Source of the DNA: an uncultured delta proteobacterium
GTDB lineage: Bacteria > Desulfobacterota > WTBG01 > CAIYCZ01 > CAIRTM01
Length of the DNA: 64,000 bases
Direction of reading: 5' to 3'
Assembly: GCA_963718965.1 (NCBI GenBank)
Contig: CAVRBJ010000038.1
Coordinates: 86,402-150,401, forward strand
Below, piece by piece: positions 52,193 through 62,243 of the stretch. Position numbers and translations under genes: made by a program. The notes below the pieces were generated by a model that was not told where the DNA came from, did not search any database, and saw only the letters and a list, made by a program, of their open reading frames with translations. Numbering within the stretch: the stretch's first letter is position 1; every line of letters begins with the position of its first letter.

Positions 52193-52335
52193 ACAACAAA
52201 ATGACGAAGGAAGAACTGATTAATATTCTGAAGGGCCTGCTTAAAACTCAGGAGGATGTTTCATTCCTGTTGAAACTTGATAAGCCGGATTTGGAAAAGC
52301 TGGTATCTGTGGTGCGGAACTATGTCGATGGGTAA
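52189..52335 (+). CDS. Small hypothetical protein (48 aa), translationally coupled to the PilZ gene
   Basis: MNNKMTKEELINILKGLLKTQEDVSFLLKLDKPDLEKLVSVVRNYVDG. It shares an ATGA overlap with the shifted PilZ stop. It falls below the ORF-track cut-off and I recognised no family. Confidence 0.4.
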   Translation: MNNKMTKEELINILKGLLKTQEDVSFLLKLDKPDLEKLVSVVRNYVDG

Positions 52336-52455
52336 CGGCATTAAATTTTTCTAAATTTGTTTTAACCTTTTTTTAATTATCACATGTTAAATTGTAAAAA
52401 GATTAAAGCAAAAAATAGAGCAACAAAACAAGCAGGGCGTTTTTTTATCTGATAG

Positions 52456-52492
52456 TGCAGGGAGTGTGCCCCCCCCTTTCATGCTCCCTGCA
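52456..52492 (+). repeat. Hairpin repeat copy 1 with C-rich loop
   Basis: TGCAGGGAG (52456-52464), a 19-nt loop TGTGCCCCCCCCTTTCATG containing C8, then CTCCCTGCA (52484-52492). Confidence 0.55.
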
Positions 52493-52557
52493 AAAATCAG
52501 TTTCCTGAGGCGAAAGAATGCTTCAAGAGTAGTATTAGAATAAAATTTCTTCATAAA

Positions 52558-52593
52558 GTGCAGGGAGAATGTCCCCCCTCATTTTCCCTGCAC
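52558..52593 (+). repeat. Hairpin repeat copy 2 with C-rich loop
   Basis: GTGCAGGGA (52558-52566), an 18-nt loop GAATGTCCCCCCTCATTT containing C6, then TCCCTGCAC (52585-52593), followed by GCCTCCTCCTT. It is a direct repeat of copy 1, about 103 bp downstream. Confidence 0.55.
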
Positions 52594-52859
52594 GCCTCCT
52601 CCTTCAGGATACTTGCATATTCAAAAAATTTCATACAGATTAATGGTTCATTAACCATGGCTTAACTTCAAAACCGGAGATGCTGCCGTAAAGCCGTATG
52701 GTTTTATTGCATAGTGCTTCTGGTGATAGTGTCATTGTCCTAAGAAATTAAAAAGCATCTCAAAAAACTGTTGGTCCAAATCCGGGTTTTTAAGATAAAC
52801 ATTGTTAATGCCCTGGGTGCTCCGCGCTCCAGCACATTTAGTGTATCTGCTTGTCTGGT

Positions 52860-53636
52860 TCATTCATCAACCTGCCCAGCATGCTTTTCCAGCATCGATT
52901 CCAAATCCTGCTTCAGCAGTAAATGCCCGGTAAATGAAGCAGGGTCACGGGATGCCACACATGCTGCGTACAGGCCCCAGGTTTCGGGACGGTCCCAGCC
53001 GCTGCGGTCGATGTCGGGATTGAGATATGCCCAGCCATCGCTGTCAGTATTATCGGGCATAATGGCATTCACGGCAATGCCGTACTGCTTCAGCTCTTCA
53101 GCAAGGCCCAGAGTCAGGCGGTTCAACGCAGCTTTGCTCACATCATAGGCAATGCCCGTAAAAGGATCATGCCGTAATTCACGGGTCACCACGGATGAAA
53201 TATTTATGATATGCCCACTGCCCTGCCGCATCATGGCAGGCAGCACCGCCTTCGTGCACAGCACCGTTCCGCGCAAATTGACATCCAGTATCTTATCCCA
53301 GTTTTTTTGAGGCATCTCATGAAACAGGGCAGGAAAGTTTGTTGCGGCGTTGTTGACGAGTATGTCGATGCGCCCCCACTCCTGCAGTGTTTTTTCAACC
53401 ATCTGAGCAACGGACTGCTCATGTGTAACATCGGATCTGATGGCAAGCGCCATGCCGCCCTGCCTGCTAATCTCTTCAGCTGTGGCTGCAATGGTTCCTG
53501 CTATCGTCGGAAGATTCAGGCGTGTTCTGGCTGCGGCAACTACCCGTGCACCTTCACTGGCAAGGGCAATGGCGATTGCCTTGCCAATTCCACGGCTCGC
53601 GCCGGTAACAATAGCAACGCGGTTATGTAATGTCAT
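52860..53636 (-). CDS. SDR family oxidoreductase
   Basis: Intact 258-aa ORF. Motifs are TGASRGIG, NNAA and YDVSK (YxxxK). Confidence 0.9.
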   Translation of the reverse strand: MTLHNRVAIVTGASRGIGKAIAIALASEGARVVAAARTRLNLPTIAGTIAATAEEISRQGGMALAIRSDVTHEQSVAQMVEKTLQEWGRIDILVNNAATNFPALFHEMPQKNWDKILDVNLRGTVLCTKAVLPAMMRQGSGHIINISSVVTRELRHDPFTGIAYDVSKAALNRLTLGLAEELKQYGIAVNAIMPDNTDSDGWAYLNPDIDRSGWDRPETWGLYAACVASRDPASFTGHLLLKQDLESMLEKHAGQVDE

Positions 53637-53749
53637 GGTGAGAGTATCCTTTCAGCCTGGCTGTTTCTGCAGGCCAAACTCCAGGGTGCGCACATAAACA
53701 GCAAAGCCCGCCATGCAGTCATGACGGGCTTTGCTGGTGATTCGTCTGT

Positions 53750-55081
53750 TTAGTCAAAATAGTTGTAATACTCTATGCCCAGATGTGTAATAAGCTCCTC
53801 GCCGATAATGTAGCGCAAAGTATTTTTCAGCTTGGTAAGCTGAATGAAAAGATCATGCTCGGGGTAAACCGATTCAGCGGTCATGGGAGCCTTAAAATAA
53901 AACGACAGCCATTCCTGAATGCCTGGCATGCCGGCCCGGGCCGAAAGATCAGCAAACAGCACGAGGTCAAGCACCACAGGGGCTGCAAGGATTGAGTCAC
54001 GGCAGAGAAAATTGATCTTTATCTGCATTTTGCGGCCCATCCAGCCGAAAATATCGATATTGTCCCAGCCCTCCTTGTCATCACCTCGGGGCGGATAGTA
54101 GTTGATGCGCACCATATGATGCACCTTGCCATAGAGGTCAGGGTACAGATCAGGCTGCAATATCGTATCAAGGACGGAAAGTTTTGAAACCTCTTTGCTT
54201 TTAAAAGATCCCGGGTCGGCAAGAACTTCACCATCACGGTTGCCAAGAAGATTGGTGGAAAACCAGCCGTCAATACCAAGCATACGGGCCTTCAGGCCGG
54301 GGGCAATCATGGTCTTCATGAGTGTCTGGCCTGTCTTGTAATCTTTTCCGGCTATTGGCACGCCCATCTTTCGGGCAAGCTGCGTGAGTGCAGGCATATC
54401 GGTGCACAGATGTGGAGAGCCGTTGATATACGGAATGCCGCTTTTTATGGCCGTATAGGCATACACCATGCTGGGTGCAATATGGTCATCGTTTTCCTTG
54501 AGCCCCTTTTCAAATGCCTCGATGGACTGATGCACTGCCGAAGGGTCCATATAGACTTCTGTTGAGCCGCACCAGATCATGACCATGCGGTCGACGCCAT
54601 TGTCGGCGGCAAACTTTTTTATATCTTCATCAAGCAAAAGGTGCTTATCCCACCAGGTCCCGCCTTTCTTGATATTGGGGCCATCGAGCTTTTTTACATA
54701 GCGGCGATCAAACACCGCTTTCATGGGATGGATGTCAGCGAGAAAATCCTTCACCGGTTCGAGCTGCTCAGGGGTCAGAACACCTGCATGCTTTGCGGCT
54801 TCATAACAATTATCAGGGAATATATCCCAGCCGGCGCAGACAATATCTGATAGTGAGGCAAGCGGCACAATGTCTTTAATCAGGGGCTGGCGGTTTTCAT
54901 CACGGCGGCCAAGCCGAATATGCCCCATCTGCGTCAGCGACCCATAGGCCGGATACAGCCCCCGGCGTATCGATTCAAGGCCGGCAAGAAATGTCGTGGT
55001 TACCGCGCCCATTCCCGGCATGAGTACGCCGAGCTTTCCCTTTGGTTTAGCAATTACAATCTTCTTTCTGTCCATCATCAT
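53750..55081 (-). CDS. ino1: Inositol-3-phosphate synthase (myo-inositol-1-phosphate synthase)
   Basis: Intact 443-aa ORF. ...LGVLMPGMGAVTTTFLAG... is the NAD fold. ...MVMIWCGSTE..., ...YINGSP..., ...GKDYKTGQTLMKT...LGNRDG... and ...SKLSVLD... are MIPS family blocks. Confidence 0.9.
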   Translation of the reverse strand: MMMDRKKIVIAKPKGKLGVLMPGMGAVTTTFLAGLESIRRGLYPAYGSLTQMGHIRLGRRDENRQPLIKDIVPLASLSDIVCAGWDIFPDNCYEAAKHAGVLTPEQLEPVKDFLADIHPMKAVFDRRYVKKLDGPNIKKGGTWWDKHLLLDEDIKKFAADNGVDRMVMIWCGSTEVYMDPSAVHQSIEAFEKGLKENDDHIAPSMVYAYTAIKSGIPYINGSPHLCTDMPALTQLARKMGVPIAGKDYKTGQTLMKTMIAPGLKARMLGIDGWFSTNLLGNRDGEVLADPGSFKSKEVSKLSVLDTILQPDLYPDLYGKVHHMVRINYYPPRGDDKEGWDNIDIFGWMGRKMQIKINFLCRDSILAAPVVLDLVLFADLSARAGMPGIQEWLSFYFKAPMTAESVYPEHDLFIQLTKLKNTLRYIIGEELITHLGIEYYNYFD

Positions 55082-55124
55082 CTCCTGAAAAATCGAAAGT
55101 TCGCATGTGTCATCGCAACAGCAC

Positions 55125-56180
55125 CTACAACCGGTCTATATAATCTTCACCTATCCTGACAAAGTCAACCCAGTGCCGCATGGGATAGGCCTGATGCAGG
55201 GTCTGGTTTTTTATGCTCTTCCACAGGCAGGCCACGAGCCAGCGCCTGCAGTCGGTCGGACTGCCAAGCAAAGCGGCGAGGCTGTCGGCAAGGTCCTGAT
55301 CGTCAGAATCAATCGGAGTCCCGCGCCAGTAGCTCTCCAGTGCTGCAAGATATGCTGCGGTTATTGTGCGTCTGCCGCTGATGCCATTGTCTTTGCGCGG
55401 AAGATTGCCGCGCCATTTCATGCAGCCGATGCTGCTGACCAGTATATCAATCCGGCGCACGAATTTAAAATGGCAGGCAGGCTCTGCAGACCCGCCCACA
55501 TCGCAAAGAAAATCGCGCGCAGATCGGCCCATTTTCCGGTTAATGTCGTTTTCAAGATAGGCCATGCGCTCATGCCAGGTATGAGGCAGTTCCTGCGGAT
55601 GATGGGGAGCAAGGGGTGTGGCAGCATCTTTGTCGTTAAAGCCCCAAAACGAGCAGTTGATTGAGCGGCATGCCAGACCATAATATGTCCGCTCGGCAAG
55701 CATGGCTTTAAGAGGATCTTTTGTGCCCAGAAAGGCATAGACTTTATCGATGGTCTGTTTGCCGCCCAGATCATACCCGGCTACATCCTGGGGCGGTAAA
55801 TCATGCACCCAGCCCTTGAGTGCTTCAGCATAGTCGACAAGTTCCTGCCTGCGGCCGGGGCTAACCTGATAGTGCAGGCGAAGCGCCGTGTGTTTGCTGC
55901 CGCCGATGATCGAGCATATTTCATGAACGCGTTCGGGATAGTCGTAGCGCCATATGCAGCAAAAATCTGCTGCAATGCGACGTTCCTCATCCTCATGGCT
56001 GAGCGGTCCCAGCCCTTCTTCAAGCTCATGAATTAAGCCTAAATCCGAATCTGAGCCATAGCCCTGCCGGAGATTTATATCATGGAATTTGCCGCTTTTT
56101 ACAAGATGGCTGATAAGGCTCAGCGGTATGCCCTGTCTGCCCAGCGTTATGCCATGCGGTGAAAGCAGCATCTCTTCCAT
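55125..56180 (-). CDS. Conserved-looking hypothetical protein (351 aa) immediately upstream of ino1
   Basis: An intact ORF, co-oriented with ino1, with a 43-nt gap to it. It is rich in Cys, His and Trp (CCIWRYDYPERVHEIC, HHPQELPHTWHERMAYLEND). I recognised no family. Confidence 0.55.
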   Translation of the reverse strand: MEEMLLSPHGITLGRQGIPLSLISHLVKSGKFHDINLRQGYGSDSDLGLIHELEEGLGPLSHEDEERRIAADFCCIWRYDYPERVHEICSIIGGSKHTALRLHYQVSPGRRQELVDYAEALKGWVHDLPPQDVAGYDLGGKQTIDKVYAFLGTKDPLKAMLAERTYYGLACRSINCSFWGFNDKDAATPLAPHHPQELPHTWHERMAYLENDINRKMGRSARDFLCDVGGSAEPACHFKFVRRIDILVSSIGCMKWRGNLPRKDNGISGRRTITAAYLAALESYWRGTPIDSDDQDLADSLAALLGSPTDCRRWLVACLWKSIKNQTLHQAYPMRHWVDFVRIGEDYIDRL

Positions 56181-56280
56181 AAGCGATCCCCCGACCCTGT
56201 AAAATCTTTAATTAAAAAAAATAATATGCTATATTTTTGCTGGCTTTAAAGTCTCTTTATAAAAACAGGTTTATCAAAAA

Positions 56281-59200
56281 ATGACAAGAAAATTTTTCTC
56301 TGCAGGCCTTTCCATACTGTGTTTTGTTCTCATCCTTGTGGCTCTTGCAGCAACCCTTGGCATGCAGCTGCTGGGAGATTTGAAAACCTATGTTCAGATT
56401 TCGCTCCGGAATGTTGCTGAAACAACCGGCTACCGCATAACCATTGAGGATATCAGATGGGATATTTTTGAAGGCACAGGAGTAAGAGTAGACAATCTTG
56501 TACTGTATGACACGGCAGGTACAACACCCTTGCTCGAATGCCGAAAAGTTCATATTAAATTCGATATACTGCCTCTTGTAAAAGCCAAACTAATCGTCTC
56601 TCGTGTTATTCTTGATGGTCCGCATGTAACCGTTCATCGCAACAACAATGGCAACTGGATGCTCCCCCCACTTGCTTTTCCGGAAAATACCGCCAGCATC
56701 AGCCATCTTGATGCATTCTCCGACTTCTCAATCGCTCTCAAACGATTTACTATAAGCGGCGGTAGCCTTCATTTTGACGACAGGCTCCGTAATGTAGAAT
56801 TTCACCTTCACGGTATTATGCTGGAAATGCTGCGCGATAAAAAATCCGGCGCCTTTGGTTTGACTATACATGCACAGCAGCCACCGGAAGAAGGCGGCTT
56901 AGTCGCGTTCAAAGGCACTTTTCAGGGCATAGACTTCCACGGGCGCCCTGATCGGCTCAACGGTAGTGGAGAACTCACGGTCAAGTCGGCAAAACTGCTG
57001 CGCCTTACACCCTATATCTACGACAATGCAACAACGGGTGCTGCGCACTCGTCGCTCAATGCCGCCCTCACAGTAAAACTTGAGCCGGAATGGCAATTTT
57101 CTCTAGAAGGCAGCATCGATTCCGACAATATGTCTGCTCCATTGCCTGGTGGCAAGCTTCTGGCACTGGGAAAAAGCAGTTTTGCCTTTTCAGCCCAGGC
57201 AAGCAACGGGCTACTGCAACTGGACAACTTCAAACTCACGTTTGCCGATAATGCAACGATTGCGGGGAAATGCACACTTACCCGCATGGATGCATCAGCA
57301 GGCCGTCTGGAGCTGAATTGCTCTTCAAACAGGATACCGGTCCACGACATGGCAAAGCTTGCCGGTTCATTTGAAGCACTGCCTCTGCAGGTAAAGGCCA
57401 TACTTGCACGCACACGCCGCGGCAGCCTTCAGGTAACTGACGTGCAGGTGCTTGCCAGTCTCGGGCATGGGCCTGGGCAGTCGCCTGCAAAGCTGACCGG
57501 CAAGGTTGAGCTCTATGATGTCGTAACACATTTCTCATCCCAGATACCTGCTCTTCGCATCTCTCATGCGCAGCTGCATCTGCAGGATAATGAATTCCTT
57601 GAAGCTGCAATTTCCGCGCAGTGGCCAGGCACTGATAATCACACGCTGGTAGCAAAAATAGAATCGGCCTTTCATGAACCCAGGATTACCCTACATGCCG
57701 ACTCCGAACTGAATGCTGCAGGTGCGGAAGCCACCATCCAGGCAGCAGCCCCTGCATTTGTCGAAAAAATCAGCTTTCAATCAGGAAGGATTACGGCAAA
57801 AACACAGCTCACATACTCGCAGCAATGGCATATTGCAACTGCTCTTGATTTTCAGCAGGCAGCGGTAGGAGCAGCCGGGAAAATTTCAAAACCTGAAGGC
57901 GTTCCGCTGCGCATCGAAGTAAAAACATCCATCACAAAAGACATGACCGCGCCCCTTCCCTTGTCCTTTACGGTTTTCAATAGCGCCGCTGTTCGAGCCG
58001 ACGGTAAGGTCAAAAGCTGGGAACCCCTCATCTGCAGCGGCACCTACCAGGCTGAAAATTTCGACCTGTCCGCTTTCGAAATACCAGACATTAAAGGCCT
58101 GCTTACTATTTCGGGCACATTAAGCGGTACTGGCAAATGGCAGATGCCGGCCAGTGACACGGTTAATTTCCCTGTACAGGGCACCTGCAGGCTCAAGGAT
58201 TTTTCTATGGTTGCCACAAACAGCGGCAAGCTGCTTGTGGGCGGCAATCTGGACGGATCCTTCGAAAGTAGCGCTGTAAAAATTCTTTCATGCCGGGCCA
58301 CTATGGGTGAAACAAGCGGCACACTTTCTGGCAGGCTAACGACACTGCTGCCTCCGCGCGGCAGGCTCGATATAGTTGCTGATCTTTTTGATATTGATGA
58401 TTTCGTCATCGTTATTGATAATTTCATAGCTGTTAATGAACAGATAAAACTGAAGAAAAAAGAGCCGGCTACGCCATCACATACTCCCGACATGCTTATG
58501 CTGACTGATCTGGATATGCCCTTGAAGCTTAAACGGCTCAATCTCTGGAACTGGGATTTAGACAACGGTACCTCCATGTGGACCTTTAAAAAAGGAGTTA
58601 TGCACTGGGACGACATTACCCTTATAGGCGGTGGCGGGCCCATCAACGGCACGGTACTGTTTGATCTTTCCAACCTGCCTGTGCGAACGCTGACGCTTTC
58701 ACCGTCGCGCTCTCAGTCGGATTTTCTGTTTGTTGTGCCTGCCCTTCGAAAAAACCGCACCATTTCCGGCACCATGGATATGAACGGGTGGTTTTCATCG
58801 ACATTTTCCCGAAAAGAGGAACTCGGCAGGAATATGACAGGAAAATTTCATATCGATGTTGTGGATGGAAAAATCCAAAAGCTCACGATGCTCTCAAAAA
58901 TACTTGAGCTTATGAATTTGAAATATGTATTCAGTTTCATGTCAAACGATATTCCTTTCCACGGGTATGCCCTATGACACTATTACAGCCGATTTCACTG
59001 TTGATCACGGTGTTATGAAAACAGATAACCTTCAGCTGACAGGTCCTGCCATGAACCTGTCGGCAGTAGGCACTATCAATATGGGCACGGAAGATATGGA
59101 TTTGATCATCGGCGCTCAGATTCTTGAAACATTCGGAAAAATAGTAGGCGCTATTCCCCTTGCCGGCAGTATTGTTACCGGTAAGGACAAAACAATTACC

Positions 59201-59377
59201 CTGGCATATTTTAAGGCGAGTGGATCCTATCAGGATGCCTCTGTCATGCCCATGCCGGTTAAGTCTTTAAGCGCCCCGGTTATTAAAATAATTAATTCGT
59301 TTTTGTATTTTCCCAAAAAGCTCCTGAATCAATCACCTGAGACAGGCACTCTCTCAACTGATAATACGACACGCTGA
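56281..59377 (+). CDS. AsmA family / AsmA-like C-terminal domain protein (large envelope-biogenesis protein); one frameshift near 58950
   Basis: The N-terminal membrane anchor is MTRKFFSAGLSILCFVLILVALAA. A long beta-rich body follows. The C-terminal fragment 58925-59377 (...YDTITADFTVDHGVMKTDNLQLTGPAMNLSAVGTINMGTEDMDLIIGAQ...) resembles the AsmA C-terminal module. Confidence 0.65.
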
Positions 59378-59793
59378 CACCCTTCATCTACCGCACCGGC
59401 AAAGCTTATTGTCTTGATGGTCCAATTTCCAAATTTATTCAGGCAACGAGGGTGCAGGAGGGAGCCGGGAAGAAAAACGGCGGGGTACGATGTGTTCGTA
59501 GTGTTGTCTGCCCATTGAGATAGTCGAAGGAACCACGGTAGTCTGTCAAGGAGAAGTACACGTTCGGATAGCAGGCTCTCCACCCATCAAATAAAGGTTC
59601 TGAAGCGAGAATTCCTTGACCCTAAACACTGTACCCTGAAACCAGAGCAGGTATCGTTTTTGCCAATGAACAGCTTTATGCACTGACTGTCTGCATATAA
59701 TTAGCCTGCTAATAAAACTTGCTTTGTTTGTTTTATCATGTTAATTTAGAGACTTATTCTATTTAACGGTTTTGTTTTCATCACGACTCAGCG

Positions 59794-59839
59794 TTGACAA
59801 AATGTTTTTTTAACCATCTACATATTGCCATTTTGTCAA
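59794..59839. promoter_or_regulatory. 11-bp perfect inverted repeat upstream of etfB (candidate operator)
   Basis: TTGACAAAATG (59794-59804), N24, CATTTTGTCAA (59829-59839). It lies about 190 nt upstream of the etfB ATG in an AT-rich spacer. Confidence 0.3.
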
Positions 59840-60030
59840 ATTACAGTATGAAAACCGTCATTCGGCAAATATATTTATTTTAACATTTTATATTTTTTTA
59901 TAATTAAAATTTTAATTTCAGTATAGAGGCACTCTTAACCGCCAATCAGAAAAAATTTGGCCTTAATCTTGCCAATAGTAACACTGCAAATAAACATCTC
60001 GACTATAAATAATTTTACGAGGAGAGTTTT

Positions 60031-60842
60031 ATGCATATTGTCGTCTGTGTAAAGATGGTGCCTGACACGACTCAGGTAAAAATCGATCCGGTAACCAACA
60101 CGCTAGTGCGTGAAGGTGTGCCCTTCATCACCAATCCCTACGATACTAATGCAGTTGAAGAAGCAATTCGCTTCAAGGACAGATATGGCGCGCATATAAC
60201 AGCCGTCTCGATGGGCCCGCCAGCTGCAGAAAGCGTACTGCGCAAGGCGATCTCACAGGGAGTCGATGAGGCAATACTGCTCAGCGACCGCGTATTCGGT
60301 GGCGCCGACACGCTGGCAACCTCAACCGTGCTGGGCCTTGCCATAAAAAAAATTGCCGAGAAACGGCCTGTTGACATTGTGCTGTGCGGCAAGCAGACCA
60401 TAGACGGAGATACTGCGCAGGTTGGCCCGGGTATCGCCCGGCGGATGGACATCCCCCAGCTCACGCTTGTTGACGAAGTCTGTCGGTGAATCAGGAAAAT
60501 AAGACCATGAAGGTGCGCCGCAAGCTTGAAGCCTATCATGAAATTATTGAAACCAAAATGCCCTGTCTGCTCACTGTTGAGCGCGAAATCAACACGCCCC
60601 GCTACCCGACCGTACCCGGCCGTCTTGATGCTGAAGAGGCGCCAATTCAGGTATGGACCAATGCCATGCTTAAGCTTGACCCGAAAACAATCGGCCTTTC
60701 AGGATCGCCCACGCAGGTGCGCAGAATATTTGCTCCCGAGCGAACCAAGGGCGAAGTCATCATGGGCGAGGCGGATCAGAAGGACAATGCCGTGGAAGCA
60801 ATGTTCACGAAGCTGAAGGAATGGGACTTTATCACAGCGTAA
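60031..60842 (+). CDS. etfB: Electron transfer flavoprotein beta subunit; one frameshift near 60475
   Basis: The ATG follows GAGGAGAG. MHIVVCVKMVPDTTQVKIDPVTNTLVREGVPFITNPYDTNAVEEAIR...AVSMGPP...GADTLATS...VLCGKQTIDGDTAQVGP... continues in 60486-60842 (...KVRRKLEAYHEIIETKMPCLLTVEREINTPRYP...). Confidence 0.9.
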
Positions 60843-60872
60843 ATAACTAATTGATGAGTTGTGGGAGGATAC

Positions 60873-62204
60873 ATGGATCAACAGCCGAAAAAAATAAAAA
60901 AACCCCGTGGCAAAGCCCGCCTGCTTGAAGGAAAGTGTATTGCATGCGGCGCCCGCTGCCAGGCATCATGCCCGAGCGATGCCATTGAAATGAATGCGAA
61001 GGAAGAGCCTATCATCAGCGCTGAAAAATGCATCAGCTGCCAGAAATGCGTTAAGATCTGCCCCGGCAGCGCCATTGAGATGTATTTCACTCCGGAAGAA
61101 CTTAAAATTATCGAAGAGCTTGCAGCGCAGGGCGGCGCAGCTGCCCCTGTCGAGGAAGAAGAGAAAAAAGAAGAAAAATCGCCCGAGTCAAGCATCGCCG
61201 CCTGGAAGGGCGTATGGGTGTTTGTGGAACAGTTTGAAGGGCATGCCCATGAAGTTGCATGGGAGCTTCTGGGCAAGGGTCGCATACTTGCAAATGACCT
61301 TGGGGTAGAGCTTGCCGCATTCGTGCTCGGCGACAATGTCAGGCATCTGGCTGATGAGGCCTTCTGCTGGGGCGCAGACAAAGTCTATCTCATGGACAGC
61401 CCTGTTCTGAAGCATTACCGCACCACCTCGTATCTCAAGGGCTGCGTTGATATCGTCAATAAATATAAGCCTGAAATAGTGCTCATGGGCGCGACGGGCC
61501 TCGGGCGCGACCTTGCCGGCGCTGTGGCGACCGATCTCAAGACCGGTCTTACGGCCGACTGCACGAGCCTGACCATCGACACCAAGATGCGCCTCCTTGA
61601 GCAGACCCGTCCGGCTTTCGGCGGCAATATCATGGCAACCATTCTCACGGAAACACACAGGCCGCAGATGGCCTCGGTGCGGCCCCATGTGATGCCCAAG
61701 CCGGAATATAAGGCGGGCGCCAAGGGTCAGCTCATTGAAGAGCCCTTCACCATGAAGGAAGAGGATATTCCGACCAAGGTGCTCGAAATCATCAACACCT
61801 CATCAGAAGGTTCGGTCAATATCGCCGGAGCCAAAATTCTTGTTGCCGGCGGACGCGGGATGCTCAGCCTTGACAACTTTAAAATGCTTGAGCAGTTTGC
61901 TGAAATGATCGGCGGCGTTGTTGCCGGTTCACGCTGCGCAGTTGATGAAGGATGGATTAAGCATGACCGGCAGGTCGGCCAGACAGGCAAAACCGTGCAT
62001 CCCAAGCTGTATATCGCCTGCGGCATCTCCGGCGCCATTCAGCATCTGGTAGGCATGCAGGATAGCGAATTCATCATCGCCATCAACAAGGACAAGACAG
62101 CCCCGATTTTTGATGTGGCCCATCTTGGCATCGTCGGCGATGTGATGGAGGTCATACCGTCGCTGATTGAAAAATTCAAACAGACCAATGCCCGACCGAA
62201 CTGA
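60873..62204 (+). CDS. etfA: Electron transfer flavoprotein alpha subunit with N-terminal 2x[4Fe-4S] ferredoxin domain
   Basis: The gene is intact. The ATG at 60873 follows GGGAGGA. The ferredoxin motifs are CIACGARCQASCP and CISCQKCVKICP, followed by the EtfA body (...VLMGATGLGRDLAG...LYIACGISGAIQHLVGM...). Confidence 0.9.
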   Translation: MDQQPKKIKKPRGKARLLEGKCIACGARCQASCPSDAIEMNAKEEPIISAEKCISCQKCVKICPGSAIEMYFTPEELKIIEELAAQGGAAAPVEEEEKKEEKSPESSIAAWKGVWVFVEQFEGHAHEVAWELLGKGRILANDLGVELAAFVLGDNVRHLADEAFCWGADKVYLMDSPVLKHYRTTSYLKGCVDIVNKYKPEIVLMGATGLGRDLAGAVATDLKTGLTADCTSLTIDTKMRLLEQTRPAFGGNIMATILTETHRPQMASVRPHVMPKPEYKAGAKGQLIEEPFTMKEEDIPTKVLEIINTSSEGSVNIAGAKILVAGGRGMLSLDNFKMLEQFAEMIGGVVAGSRCAVDEGWIKHDRQVGQTGKTVHPKLYIACGISGAIQHLVGMQDSEFIIAINKDKTAPIFDVAHLGIVGDVMEVIPSLIEKFKQTNARPN

Positions 62205-62243
62205 ATAATGCGAACAATTAACCTCTTTATATAGAGAAAGGAG

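Noticed and set aside
52469-52476. The C8 homopolymer, considered as a phase-variation (slipped-strand) tract.
   Set aside because: It is intergenic, inside a hairpin loop, and not positioned in a promoter spacer or ORF. Homopolymer length is also unreliable in this indel-prone assembly.
59449-59585. A possible structured RNA. GGGTG..GAG..AGCC (59450-59466) can pair with GGCTCTCCACCC (59574-59585), enclosing a TACGA/TCGTA hairpin. I looked for cobalamin, SAM, ZTP and M-box signatures.
   Set aside because: The closing helix needs two bulges and I found no diagnostic riboswitch core motifs. It lies about 450 nt from the next start codon. The purine-rich and pyrimidine-rich matches could be chance.
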